NCBI GenBank assembly: GCA_910592345.1
Contig: CAJVPI010000009.1
Coordinates: 62,001-95,387, forward strand
Direction of reading: 5' to 3'
Source of the DNA: Paraglomus brasilianum
Taxonomy: Eukaryota
DNA length: 33,387 bases
Both the position numbers and the translations under genes were made by a program. Under the pieces are notes generated by a model, which was not told the origin of the DNA, did no database searches, and worked only from the letters and a program-made list of their open reading frames with translations. Position 1 is the stretch's first letter, and each line of letters opens with the position of its first letter. This document shows positions 1 to 11,809 of the stretch, piece by piece.

Positions 1-1087
1 TATCCTCAAGCGTTCTCAGTCCATTACCGACTTTACCAAACCTTCCCATCCAATCCGTTCTTGTCCCGACGAGGATACTGTTGAGCGTCAAACTAAATTG
101 GAGAAGCCGACTACGCCTCCTCCATATTCGACCCGTCTTCAGTCTTCAAAAGAACGTCGTCGTTCGGATATCCAACCAGCCAAAACGAAGCGCTCTCAAC
201 ACCGCAAAGACGTCAAGTCCGCCAACGATGTCTTTAGTCTTCTCGTCAATACTACGCCTCAATCGCAAGACAAAGATACATTCACTACCAATGTAAATAG
301 TACTACTACTACTAATCTCCCGCCATTCAACCAAAATACACGAAATTTAGTAACTCCGGTAAAAGCCACCGACTCTTCTTCTTATGCCTTTCCTCCGTCA
401 ACTCACAATACTCGTCGTAGAATGTCCAGCACTGCAATAGAGATTAAGCAACATGTGCAACAATTCTCCGATTCAAAGTCGTCCTCAGATTTGAAATCAG
501 TCAGACATAATCGTCCAGCGAGCACTCCTGTTAAGCACCAATTGTATGCGGGACCCGATTTCCACAACGCTCCTGCACCTAGCGCGTTGCCGATTCCATC
601 ATTTGTAAGCAAGTCTCTCGGAAAAGAAAGGTCACCTTTGGAGGATAACTTGTTTGTTGGTGTTGGTAATATTGGAACCAGCAATGGACTTGTCAGCAAC
701 AGCGCTACCAGCACCATCAACTCTTCCCCATCAATGTTTACATCTCCTCCGCGCACTCCTCCGACCCCCTTTGTTCTCGACCGTGCTTACGATGATGATC
801 TTTTCGTAATGGATGATATCCATGCAGTCAACAATACATACGATGATGCTTACATTAGACAGCAACAGTCCATCCAGCTCAAGATGATGCTCGCTAGCTC
901 CAAAGAAAAACAAGGCATCAATTATAACGCTCCCACTTCTTACCAACAATCCGCTACCATGGCTTACAATGTACCCCAAAAAATGGCCACTGCTCGTCCA
1001 TTGCATGTCTACGACGATGCCCAAGGGATGTCACTGACGGAGATTTCCGAAAGTTTGAGAAGTTTGTTGAAGATTTCCGGACATTAG
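1..1087 (+). CDS. PNRC/Edc1-like mRNA decapping activator; 5'-partial, frame open from base 2 (the ORF-track start at 98 is a TTG, not the true start)
   Basis: Low-complexity S/T/P-rich protein carrying LYAGPDFHNAPAPSALPIPSF (542-604), i.e. the YAGxxF plus LPxP motifs of PNRC2/Edc1, and a C-terminal LRSLLKI helix. No stop in frame 2 from base 2 to TAG at 1085-1087. Confidence 0.8.
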   Translation, partial: ILKRSQSITDFTKPSHPIRSCPDEDTVERQTKLEKPTTPPPYSTRLQSSKERRRSDIQPAKTKRSQHRKDVKSANDVFSLLVNTTPQSQDKDTFTTNVNSTTTTNLPPFNQNTRNLVTPVKATDSSSYAFPPSTHNTRRRMSSTAIEIKQHVQQFSDSKSSSDLKSVRHNRPASTPVKHQLYAGPDFHNAPAPSALPIPSFVSKSLGKERSPLEDNLFVGVGNIGTSNGLVSNSATSTINSSPSMFTSPPRTPPTPFVLDRAYDDDLFVMDDIHAVNNTYDDAYIRQQQSIQLKMMLASSKEKQGINYNAPTSYQQSATMAYNVPQKMATARPLHVYDDAQGMSLTEISESLRSLLKISGH

Positions 1088-4000
1088 AATATGCAAAGGT
1101 GGTCTTGTAGAATAAGGAGTTGGATCTAGTGAGTTGATAAGCTAAGGCATGAGTAATCAATCAAGTATCTTGTTGATTGAGTAGAATAGGAATCAATTGT
1201 CATTAGTGATTCCTTGATCAAGGAGGAGATTACTTCTATCGTGTTCATTAATTTTGGGTTCATTACTCATGTGACCCAATTTGTACTTTTAGATCTGGCA
1301 CATATTTCTATAGTTCTCTTATCCTCAACCCCCCTTTTTTTTCTTTGCATATTATCTTCGACTTCAATATAAACCTTTTTTTTTCGTTCCCCCCTTTGTT
1401 ATTCGCACCTGTACATTTTTTGTTGCAAGTTTCCCTTTTCTTCAACATCCTTTGTTTTAATACTCCTCTTCGGTTTATTATTCAACCTTCCCTAATATTA
1501 AACCCACCATTATTTCCCCTTATTGTGTGCTTTATATTAAACCTCCCCCTTCGATTCACCCCTTTACCATTCATATTCTCAACATCAGCATAGACATACT
1601 ACATGGTTTCTTGTTTGTTTTTTTCGCGCGTCCTTATACTTGTTTATTTGTTTCTTCTTTTGGGACAGTCTGGATTCATGTTGTCGAAAAAGATTGCTTT
1701 ACTGTGGAACCGCCTTTACTTCTAGAAAGTGCCATTTACCCCCCTTTACCATTATATACCAATATATTTGACATCATCCAAATATTACCGCTATAAATAA
1801 AAGGACACTTGGGAGTGGGGCGGTTCTCGGTCTGTTAATCTTCTTCGCGATATAGAATGTGCATGTTTCTTAATATGGGAATTCTTAGTTGTGATGGGAA
1901 AAGGTTACTTTTGTAAATAACTACAAGCTCTTTTTTCCCTTCTTTTTAATTATTCTATTTAATTCCCTCTTAGACTCAATATTTCACTTACCCCTCCCTT
2001 TCCCCTTGTATACCTCTTTCTTTTCTTTTGTACATTCTTGTATGGGTCCCCTTTTCTCTTTCTGTTTCTTTATCTTTTATATTTTCTGCATATTTCTGAA
2101 AGTGACTACTAGTGTTTCGCTGCTCGTCTTTTCAGTATTCCGCGAATTTATTGAATTGGGAAGATGTGAGGTAAACACTTTTGATAGACATTTTCATTTT
2201 CTCTCCCTCCCCTTTAAATTCTTCCCTTTTTTAATATTTTATCTCCAATCAACTATATTAGACTGGGGACTAATTAATATGGTGGGTTTCAATTACACAA
2301 AAGTTTCTTTATTTCAAAAAGTAATCCGGACATTATTTAAAAGCGGTGGTTCATTGATCGCTTTGAGTTATCAAGAAGCGACGTAGATGTATTCTGCGCT
2401 TCTTGTCTGAATGTCGTAATATCATCGTTTTATTGTACTTAAAATGTATTTCACGATGATGTTCCAAGAGACGGAGTAATTAGCGTCTAGGACACATGTT
2501 CATTTTCTTTTATTATAAGTGCAACGAGTCGGTTTCACGTTTAAATGTACATAGGGAAGGTGCCCATTCTTCCTCGTTCTTGGTTCCTTTTACACAGTCG
2601 ATTTGAAGTTCTGTCATATTTTCTTTCGAAATCGATCTTGTATTCAGTTTTTTTAAAAATATTAAGAAGAATTCGCTCTTTGTTAAAAGTTATCTTCTTT
2701 TATTTCCAAATCAAGTGTACGCTGTTAGTTTTATTCGAGAGGGTGGCCTTTTGAGAGCCCCTCGGTGATTTTGCTTACCTTGTAAATTGTTTATTATCAT
2801 CACTCTTCGTTTCAGAGGATGGTTCCTGTATAATCATCAAAATTTTTTTTCATATCATTCATTCCTTCCAATTCAGTCTCTTCTAATTGTGATTTGTAAA
2901 TTTGTAAGATGAATGGAGTTGCTTCATATGATTCTTGAAAGAAAACGTTTCTTTTAGAAACAAAAATAAAGAAAAAAAAAAGTGATGATGACCTTCAAAA
3001 GAGTAATCTCTGTTGTTCATACTGGTGATTTTTACGTTCGATCAATATTCTCTGTTGACCAAAATGAATGTATTATTAAACTATGCACGCTTGTTGTGTT
3101 TTTTTAGTAATCCGACCTTGTGAATGAATGGTACCAGGAATGGGCTAATTTATTTTATTACTGTTTCATAGTATGCCCACACATTGTCATCGCCGACGTT
3201 TGTAATATTATGCAGGATTCACCCATGTTTCATGTAAGTCACGTGGTAAGGTTTTGACTATATTGGTCGACCCCGATTAAATGATAAGAAGAAAAGCACC
3301 TCTTTCTTTAGAGAACAAACAACTTTGAGATATGAAACATTGAGAAATGGGTTAATGCAAGATGTAGACGAATGAGGAGAGTATTTAGGTTTTCAATATG
3401 GGAACATTCTTGGAACAATCGATTACCATAATATTATTAAAGACGATGCTTCAGATCGTATTTACAGTAAGCTTTCGTGTGATCCAAGGCGGGCTATGAC
3501 GTATTCTGGCCTCTTGTCTAATTGCCATATAAATGATGTATATATATGTGATAGTAGTGTATATCTAGTACTATTATTCCTTATTAATGATGTAATTGAG
3601 AATAAGCTCACGGATCTGCCGAGCAGAACGGCTCGCAGCAAGATGGCCAATTCACACACATGCTCATCATACCGAAACATGAATGGAGTTGATAAGCTGT
3701 ATTCAAAACTATATCCTTTAACAGTAAGGCTTGTTTATCTTATTTTTACCGATTATTTTGTTGAAATGTCCAAAGCATGTAATGTGTATATTAAAAGGTC
3801 AATGACGAATAAAGGCGACACTTTTCACCTAACTAGCAAAAAGGCATGATTGAGATTGAATATATTTGCGTCATGCAACAAAAGCGGTTAGAAAGAATGA
3901 TATTCCAAAACGAAGTTTGCGAGTGCTGTAATTATTATGCTATCTTGACATCTATTCGTCATAAAAACTTAGCATCGTGTGATTTACACAAGTCGATTGA

Positions 4001-4301
4001 ATTATCAGACCTGAAGTTTCCAACCAATTCCCAGTATGCTAATGAGCTAGTAAGAATTGCTATCAACAAATTGATTTACTATCAACACATCTTCCTTCAA
4101 CAATCCTGCCGATAATCAAGCCGGTTAAATTCAAACCCCAGAACGGAAACATGTGATAACACTCGCATTGAGAAGAACTCACAATTTGATGCTTTTTTAC
4201 CCAATCAAAACGGGACGTTTTTATTATCCAAAACACTTAAAACAAAGAAAAAACGTATCTTAGAATTCTCTATATACTAACGTTCTCTCATTCCCATAAC
4301 T

Positions 4302-6032
4302 TTATGCTAGAGGATCAAACTCATTGAAAACCAGAAGGTTGGGTGTATTTGCAGGAATTTTGTCGAGAGCGCCCGAAGTAGCGTGCTTGACAATCCAGCC
4401 GGTAACTTGCTTTGGAGTTGGTGGGGAAGTAACAAAGTCCGACGTGAATTCTGGTTTCAAGCCAAGTAAATATGCTGCAAGGCCGGCCACGTGGGGAGAT
4501 GCCATAGATGTGCCAGAGATTGTGTTCGTAGCAGTGTTGGAACCAATCCAAGCTGACAAGATGTCCTTTCCCTATATCATTAGTAGTGTATTAGGTTAAC
4601 GATATGCAGCATATAGAATATAAATAGGCGAGCTATACAACTGCTGTCTCTGAAAGAGGTTAACTTCTACTTACTGGAGCGAAAACGTCGACACATCTAC
4701 CATAATTGGAGAACCAAGCACGTTCGTCTTCGATAGTTGAAGCGCCAACAGTGATTGCATTTTCAGCGGCTGCTGGCGATGAGTCACAAGCATCACGGTT
4801 ATCGTTGCCTGCAGCTACGACAAAGTTAACTCCAACGTCGACGGCCTAACAATGTACCAGAATGTGCGATTTAGTCGGGCAAAATCATGATGAAATCGTG
4901 TATAAAACTGTATATCATCTGACTGACAATGCTTGATCAAATAATAATACGTACTCCATTGACAGCAGAATCCAAAGACCTGCTTCTGCCTCCTCCTAAA
5001 CTCATGTTAGCAACTGAACCCTTGAACGGTTTTCCATTTCTTCGAGCGTTGTCGGATTCGTTTTCATGGTATTCAGCAACCATTTCTACCCCCTTGATTA
5101 CGTCACTCATAGTTCCCGAGCCGTTTGATCTCAAAACTTTAATGGCCACAACATTAGCCTTCTTGGCAACACCATATCGTTTTCCAGCAATGGTACCAGC
5201 GACATGAGTTCCATGCCCGTTACCATCGACGTCTTCATCACCATCTGGGACAGTTGTACCCCATTTAGCACGGCCGCCAAAATCGGTATGGTTTATGTTG
5301 ACGCCAGTATCGACTATGTAAACGGTAACACCTTCGCCAGCAGTTGAGTCGAATAGATACTTGTTGAAAGTACCAAACGTTAAGGCATTACGATGAGATA
5401 TGCGGGCCAGCCCCCAAGGGGCATTGAGTTGAAGTTCTTGAGAATAGACAACCTGATCTCTCTCGACGTAAGCGACCTATATAGGGAAATTGATGAGTTA
5501 GGCGATGAAAGTGCAATGATGATCATTCAATGATAATCTATTTGTTAGGGTTATAACAATCGGACATTTATAGTCAAGATCGTCGCAATTAATCAATTAG
5601 TGTTACACTATTACTGCGAACTACTGCGACTTAGTTTAGTAGCAATTCTACTCGACATTCTCGACATACACGTATACCTACTTCATCACTCTCTCTGATC
5701 TTGTTTAGCACATCATCTGAAAATCTACCAGCGTAGCCTTTGAAATCCTTAATGTCATAAGTGTATCTGATTCCAGATATAAGTTTAGCCATAAACCCTC
5801 GCTTTGCCTTTCTCTCTTCGTTCACCATATCTCGGACGACATTGTGGTGACAAGTGATTTTTTCTGTAGTTGTTTCGTCTTTGAATACCACGATATACTG
5901 TTCGGGGACCACTTCTGCGTCTGAAGGAGTAAACAGTGGTGCAAGAATACCCTCTTCACGTTTGGGCAGAGAAGGTGCTGCCATGGCTGACGAGAAGAGC
6001 AGCCCAGCAAGGAGAAATACAGTTTTCACCAT
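4302..6032 (-). CDS. PRB1: Subtilisin S8 serine protease, vacuolar proteinase B-like, with signal peptide and I9 propeptide; exons 6032-5682, 5476-4955, 4845-4675, 4571-4302 (437 aa)
   Basis: Catalytic triad motifs [17 protein letters not shown] and [12 protein letters not shown]; also [23 protein letters not shown] and AAGN. All three introns are GT-AG and phase 0. Hydrophobic N-terminus [18 protein letters not shown]. Confidence 0.95.
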
Positions 6033-7472
6033 TTCGTAGTCAAGTTAACGTATATCGTAATAAGGCAGAGCGAGAGGCTTTCTTACGGTTAAGGATAAAC
6101 CAGCAAGCCTGAGTGATCGTATGATGGGCGGACGATTTATATATATATGTGGGAAGTGATGGATAGTGTGACAACAATTCATAAGAGGCGATTGTCTTGA
6201 CAGTCAGGACATCCACCCCCTTGTGTTATTTCTATCTTTGTCATTTGTTGATCAATCGGTATACACCGTTTGCATTATTATTATTATCATCACATGACAT
6301 GCATGGAATAAACGTATTCGGTTCTTCATTGGGAAACGCAACAATCGAGATGGGCGTATCTGTATTTGTGATTTGGCGCCATGTACTCCCCTCTCGAAAG
6401 AGAACAGAATTACCCATTATGTTTTACATAGTTCAACAAATACTCATCCACAAATACAATGAATAACTATCAGTGGAACTAGGGGGGAGGGAAATAAGCG
6501 AAAGATAGCAAATAATCAGATTAGAAATCATAAAAATGTGCATATATGATTTGTAAATATTAATATATTCTCATTAATATTTGGGCTATTTTTAAGATTA
6601 TTTTTAAAATATAAACACTATCTAAACTTTAAAAGTTGCCCCTATATAATCTGCAAATACCTTTCGCCGTTACTCTAGAGAATGCACTCTCACAAAACGG
6701 CTTTCTCAGTGAAAACTTGTTCTTCGGTAACGTAGAAAATTTCATGGACTGTTTTAACCACTAAACTAAATATTTGTAACTTGCAACGGCACTACGTCCG
6801 TATAGCATTCAAACACGAGTATGCAAATAATATTGCAAATTCAAACTTTGTAGGTCACCGCAAAAACGTACATTCCTGCAAATTATTGAGGTTTTGCGTT
6901 CTTTTATTGTCACACCTACGATTGAACGCTAAAGGTGTACTTCCTACAAAGTATTAAACTTGGTCTTAAAATCAACTTTGTGTATCTCGTCTAACTAAAT
7001 TGAATGTTGATACAGTAATGCTGCTCAATCGGCTAAGCGTCTTGTCATTATTGGAATACAGAAAATAAGAACGTGAAAGTTACAATGGTCAAGATTATCT
7101 GAGAGAGAATAGATTAAATCTTACTTGCCGTCTTGCCATTCGTAGCTTAGCTTTCAATGAAATGTTCACATAAAAGTTAACATTGGCGATGATTTTTAAT
7201 ATAAATAGAAAAGCGTGTTAATGGCATAAAAGGCTGTCATTTACAAGCATATAAATGGGGCAATACCAGATAAAGTGAACACTTTGCTATCTGAGCTAAA
7301 AATTGCTAGTTGGCAAGCTTTGATTTAGTATTAGTAGCATAGCTGTGGCTCATGTATAAATTCATGGACTAAATTCAGTTGCATTTTAACTCTGTATTAA
7401 TAAATATGGTATCGGAATGTAAACTTGGTCGAGATAAACTTTTACTTGAAGTTGTCATTATAACAATATATA

Positions 7473-8113
7473 GAGTGTGTTGCAACCCAAAAATAGCTTG
7501 TTCGAAAGTTGAAACTCCACAGATTTTATTAATAATTAATCCTTTCTCCGTTTTTCTCGTTTACACTCTGACTTTGAGTTTACAAGATTTATTACAAACT
7601 GTCGGAAATGTTCTGCCACTTCTCCTTTATAAATTCGGGGCATTCTCTTCTCTACATTTCTTTTACAATGCCCACACGTTTATTTAAGCTCGGGCCGTTG
7701 GACGGCTATTCTAGCATCTCTGAAACATTTTCATGCAGGTAGACTTTGGCAATCTAGCAAGTATGCCTGAGGTCATTATCTCTTTAGTTTTTTGATATTG
7801 TCATAGAGGGATACCAGCTTGTGCATGAATTTGTTTGCGATCAATCTACAAGACTTTCTTTCAGATGGCTAAACGTGATGTATTCTTTTCTTTACAGTTT
7901 GGCATTCCAAATGCCGTTGTTCCACAACTATAATAAAGTTGGACATTGTGCTTCTTTTTTTGAAGAAGGCATTGCACACGCACTTATCTCAAAAGTTGTG
8001 ATAATTGCACGGCTAAATACGTTGAATTTTAGTAGTAGATTGCATGCGTGCATAACGCGCTAGGATGTGTTTATGTTAGGTGTAAAAATTCCGAATAATT
8101 TTGTAACACACTG
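7473..8113 (-). mobile_element. Degenerate, internally deleted Tc1-like (DD34E) DNA transposon
   Basis: End CAGTGTGTTACAAAA at 8113 flanked by TA, with a degenerate partner GAGTGTGTTGCAA at 7473. Minus-strand remnants read MPSSKKEAQ..LWNNGIWNAK, DNDLRHTC*IAKVYLHENVSEMLE*PSNGPSLN (cf. DNDPKH...WPSNSPDLNPIE), NVEKRMP and EKNGERINY*. Confidence 0.8.
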
Positions 8114-8115
8114 TA

Positions 8116-8595
8116 AGCCTATCTATATAAAAAAATGTACTGTATAAATATGAAATTAATTTATATTAAATCCGCTATGAAACCAAGAATTACAACACTG
8201 TTGGAAGTTTTTTTAAAAAAAGAACAGGTTTCAAGGTTAGAAGCAGGTGCAGTAATTGATGATAACGAAATTATTGATGCAGTAGTTCAAGAAACAATTG
8301 AGACCGAAAGAAGATAATGTCCATCGGTTTCAAATAAAAATAGCATTAGAAAGTATCCAGAATTTATTGAATTATGTACAGCAATTCAATGACCTGAATG
8401 TAAATTAAAGATTTGCAACGTCAAGTAAGAAAAAAGCAAATCGATTCTCTAAAGGACAAGCTAGTTTGCAGAGTTATTTCACGATTTAAAACAAACATAA
8501 CAATTATTAAATGCAAATTATACATAGACACGTGATTCTTGATAAGTCGGTCATCGGAGAGCAGATATCCTTGACCGACTTATCGAGGCTGACTG
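8116..8595 (+). mobile_element. pogo/Tigger-like transposon 3' remnant with right end
   Basis: Frameshifted C-terminal-like peptides IDDNEIIDAV, IALESIQNLLNYVQQ and QASLQSYF*. The terminus reads CAGTCAGCCTCGATAAG on the minus strand. Subterminal inverted repeat GATAAGTCGGTCA (8541-8553)/TGACCGACTTATC (8572-8584). Confidence 0.65.
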
Positions 8596-9139
8596 TGTAT
8601 CAGGGAAATAATTAATTTAATGATTCTGTCCCAAATTTCTTGACATTTCTGCATCTGTCAACAATTCCGCAGCTCGTGCGTTTGTCGCAGTACTGACAGC
8701 GGAAATTACGGAGGAATACATTATCTATATTTATCTACTCTATCTTAGCTTAATACTACTATAGTAATGGTACTTACTTTTCACCTTTGTATTATGTTAA
8801 AACTAACCCTACCAGGTAGCTTGGAAATAAAGTCGTAACACTGTTTACGACATCTATACTTCGAACTTTTTTTATTTTATTGAATAATGCTCAATCTATC
8901 AATTCTTTTACCATAAGGTCGCATTAACTGGAGCGGAAAAAAAAAGACCCATGTCAAAAAAAACTAAACAACCCTTCTTTTGCTAAAATATTGGTAAATA
9001 AAAAACAGTGGCTCAATATTATTATCTGAACAATCTTGAATTACGTTTACAATAAATATAAAGCCATAATAAATACTCAACAAAAATTGTATATAACAAA
9101 TGTGTGTTGCCATAATTAGGTAGATTTAATTAATATATA

Positions 9140-9712
9140 CAGTAGTGTGCAAGAAAAAATGACAATTTACAACATTCTCTATAGTTTGTGTATAGGTACC
9201 TTCCCCAATTTGGACCTATTTATATCATGTAAAATAAAAACAAAAGCTTGTAGTTAGTGTTATTTATTTTACGTAATTATGAGTTTAATTACTTGTTAAC
9301 TCGGAGTTATTCTACTACAAAATGGTTACATCTAAGCAATAGCATTTCATTTCTAAAGCAAAAACATGAAATGCTTCTGAAATATACTCACAGACAAGGA
9401 TTCCACTTAAGACTGTATACTGGAATCCCATAAAACTTAATGAAACTGGAAATTCCAAAAATTTTAGTGAATTGGAAAGGTTTATGGTCGAAGAATGGAA
9501 TAATATTTCGGTAGCCTTCTAATTAGTTTAATATGTTTAACGAAACAACACTGGGAAATTATTGTAAAAGGCAGTGAAAAATGTCATGTTAATTTTACAT
9601 TAATAAAATCTACTGCTTTCAAGCCTTAAAATGTTATATGATATGTTTTAATTGGTTTGCACATTGTAAAATTAGAGCAATTTAAAGAATTGTTATTTTT
9701 TGCACACCACTG
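9140..9712 (+). mobile_element. Non-autonomous Tc1-like element (573 bp) with TIRs and TA target duplication
   Basis: TA-CAGTAGTGTGCAAGAAAAAATGACAATT ... AATTGTTATTTTTTGCACACCACTG-TA. An internal frame from ATG 9322 gives ASEIYSQTRIPLKTVYWN (HTH-like) joined to ELERFMVEEWNNIS (Tc1 C-terminus), with premature stops. Confidence 0.9.
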
Positions 9713-9830
9713 TACATGAAACCTGGATATAATGAATAAAGTGTCTACGCCGTCTCATTCGTTATATCCGTGTATTATAAATCTGCGTCCGTAATTTTCT
9801 CAATTCGTATCCGTTCGTTATAACAGCAGT
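9713..9830 (+). mobile_element. Degenerate pogo-like terminal sequence
   Basis: TACATGAAACCTGGATATAATGAA followed by the inverted copy TTCGTTATATCCG and a further TTCGTTATAAC, the usual pogo/Tigger end architecture. No partner end is found. Confidence 0.45.
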
Positions 9831-10015
9831 ATGTCTTCTACACTACTCGCCCAAAAAGACTCAACCATAGTAAAAAGGTAAGTGATATTATACCCTCCAG
9901 AATTTAGCACGGTAGATAGTGTAATCACATCCTATGCTTTAACAGCGTTGATACATTTATGACTCCAATTTAACTACAGCATTGCAACTCTCTAACCACT
10001 CAAATATAAATAGAC

Positions 10016-10343
10016 TACAAGTGGATCTCGATATAACGACACGCTCGGTTCCAACTTATATCAAAAGTGTCACAAAGCAAGTTCAACCAATTGTCGTTAT
10101 ACAAAAATCAATTTTATTGGATAAACAACTGCTGTATTATAAAAATTAAGCGTCATTACAAGGATTAAAAAATCAATCAATCTTCGTTTGTTTTTCTGAG
10201 TTTATTTCTTGCACTGCTAAGTTTTTTTCTAAACTAGTTAACTTGTTTAGGAAGGTTCAATTTCGCTTTGTTGTTGAATATAAGCCTTTAATCTCTTTGC
10301 ATATCTTAGAGCATCCGATGCGCTAATAATAACGTTTGAAATA
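10016..10343 (-). mobile_element. pogo/Tigger-like transposon 3' remnant
   Basis: End TACAAGTGGATCTCGATATAACGACA with a downstream inverted TGTCGTTATA. Minus-strand peptides ISASDALRYAKRLKAYIQQQ and EINSEKQTKID*FF resemble the pogo C-terminal KQTxIxxFF motif. Confidence 0.6.
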
Positions 10344-10892
10344 CAGTGCGTAACAAAAGTTTTTTGAATTATATTTTAGTCTATTGTGTGATGAAAAAAA
10401 AAAAAAGCCAAATTGTCCAGAATTTATAATTATATTTTGTATAATATAGAGAACAAGTTTACTTAAGGACAGTTAATAGATTATTTTATTAAAATCTTTC
10501 TTAATTTATAAATTAATCTTGGAAAAAAAATATCGAAAAAGTAATTATAGGTAAAAAAACAACAAAAACATTTTTTATAAAAAATTTTATTAAGGTATTT
10601 AATTAAGTAACTTTAAGTAAACTCGTTTGTAACAACATGAGGAACACATTTGAAAAATCTTTATGTAAAAATAAGTTTTTTTTTTTGCTTTATACAAGTA
10701 ATAACAAAATCTTTTGAGTTTTGAATTTTTGAAATTAGACAACATTTTAATAATACAACTCATTGAATTGCCGTAAGTAAATTTGTTCCTTGTATAAAAA
10801 TACATATTAATATATTTATAAACTTTTATCTAATTCTATCATACTTTTTATATTAGAAAAGAAAAATTCCAAAAAACTTTTGTTACACACTG
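10344..10892. mobile_element. Tc1/mariner-type MITE (549 bp), very AT-rich
   Basis: TA-CAGTGCGTAACAAAAGTTTTTTG ... CAAAAAACTTTTGTTACACACTG-TA: 23-bp TIRs with a single mismatch, and TA on both sides. Confidence 0.9.
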
Positions 10893-10894
10893 TA

Positions 10895-11802
10895 CATCAA
10901 CTCACTCAACAATAACAAAACACATGGGAAGCAACTCAGATTACAGAGCACTAATTCTCCAGGCCTAAACAAAACAAAAATCAAACATCTGGCAAATGAA
11001 CACAGCCATGCTTACCAACCCAGCTACATACAACAAACTTGAACAAAATATTCAAACAACTACAACTTCACCCACCCTCTCAATCCTTACTTGTACTTGG
11101 GACAATTTTAAATCTCAAATTCAGATAACCTGCAGAGAAATAGGAAAAGTGCAAGCTAAGAAATGCAGGGATGGCATTATCAATCTTACTAACTGCATCA
11201 AAAAATTACAATCTCTTCCCTCCCCCAATACATACACCATAGCTAATCTGTCCAGAAAACTGAAGGCTTTAGAAGAAACAGCCTCCAAAGCTTATGCCAT
11301 ACAATCAAGGGTTCAATGGTATGAAGAAGGGGAGACTAGTTCTAAATACTTTTACCAACACTTCAAATACAAACAACAAAAGGCATCTATCACCTCACTC
11401 CAAATCCCCAACACCATTCCACCCACAATCCCCAGTATGCCTGTAACCCCCAGTAACCCCATAGCCATCTCGACTTCTAACAAATCCACTCTCCTCATTA
11501 CTGAAACACGCTCATCTGCCCCTCTATCAAACTTCTCTCCCCTTGCCCCCCCTCCCCTCCATCACCATCCTTAAACAATAACCATACTAATACCTCATCT
11601 GACATCACACATATCCTTAACCATGCAACAGCCTTCTACAAACAACTATTACTATGGGATTTCTCCCCCACCCCTGATGACTCTACCCTCTTACAATATA
11701 TTCCATCCATCTCTGAAAAATTCAAAGAGCAACTTGCAAAGCCCTTTACTGTCCAAGAAGTTATCATAGCCATTAAGTCAAAGGATAATGGCAGCTCCCC
11801 TG
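10895..11802 (+). mobile_element. Non-LTR retrotransposon (L1/Tx1 clade) ORF2 fragment: endonuclease-to-RT linker, truncated just before the RT core
   Basis: IWQMNTAML, TWDNFKSQI and SRVQWYEEGETSSKYFY. After a frameshift: ILNHATAFY and QLAKPFTVQEVIIAIKSKDNGSSP (the expected SPGPDG position). A/C-rich coding strand typical of LINEs. Confidence 0.85.
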
Positions 11803-11809
11803 TAATTAG

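Noticed and set aside
1345..2386. Hydrophobic Phe/Leu-rich ORFs (1345-1593, 1527-1796, 2006-2386)
   Set aside because: Artefacts of T/C-rich non-coding sequence, with non-ATG starts.
3711..3719. ATATCCTTT U12-like donor (similar ATATCCTT at 8565 and 11611)
   Set aside because: No supported host exon structure; the other two lie inside TE remnants. This shows the motif can arise by chance, so only the CUE3 case, which also has a branch site, an AC end and frame rescue, is accepted.
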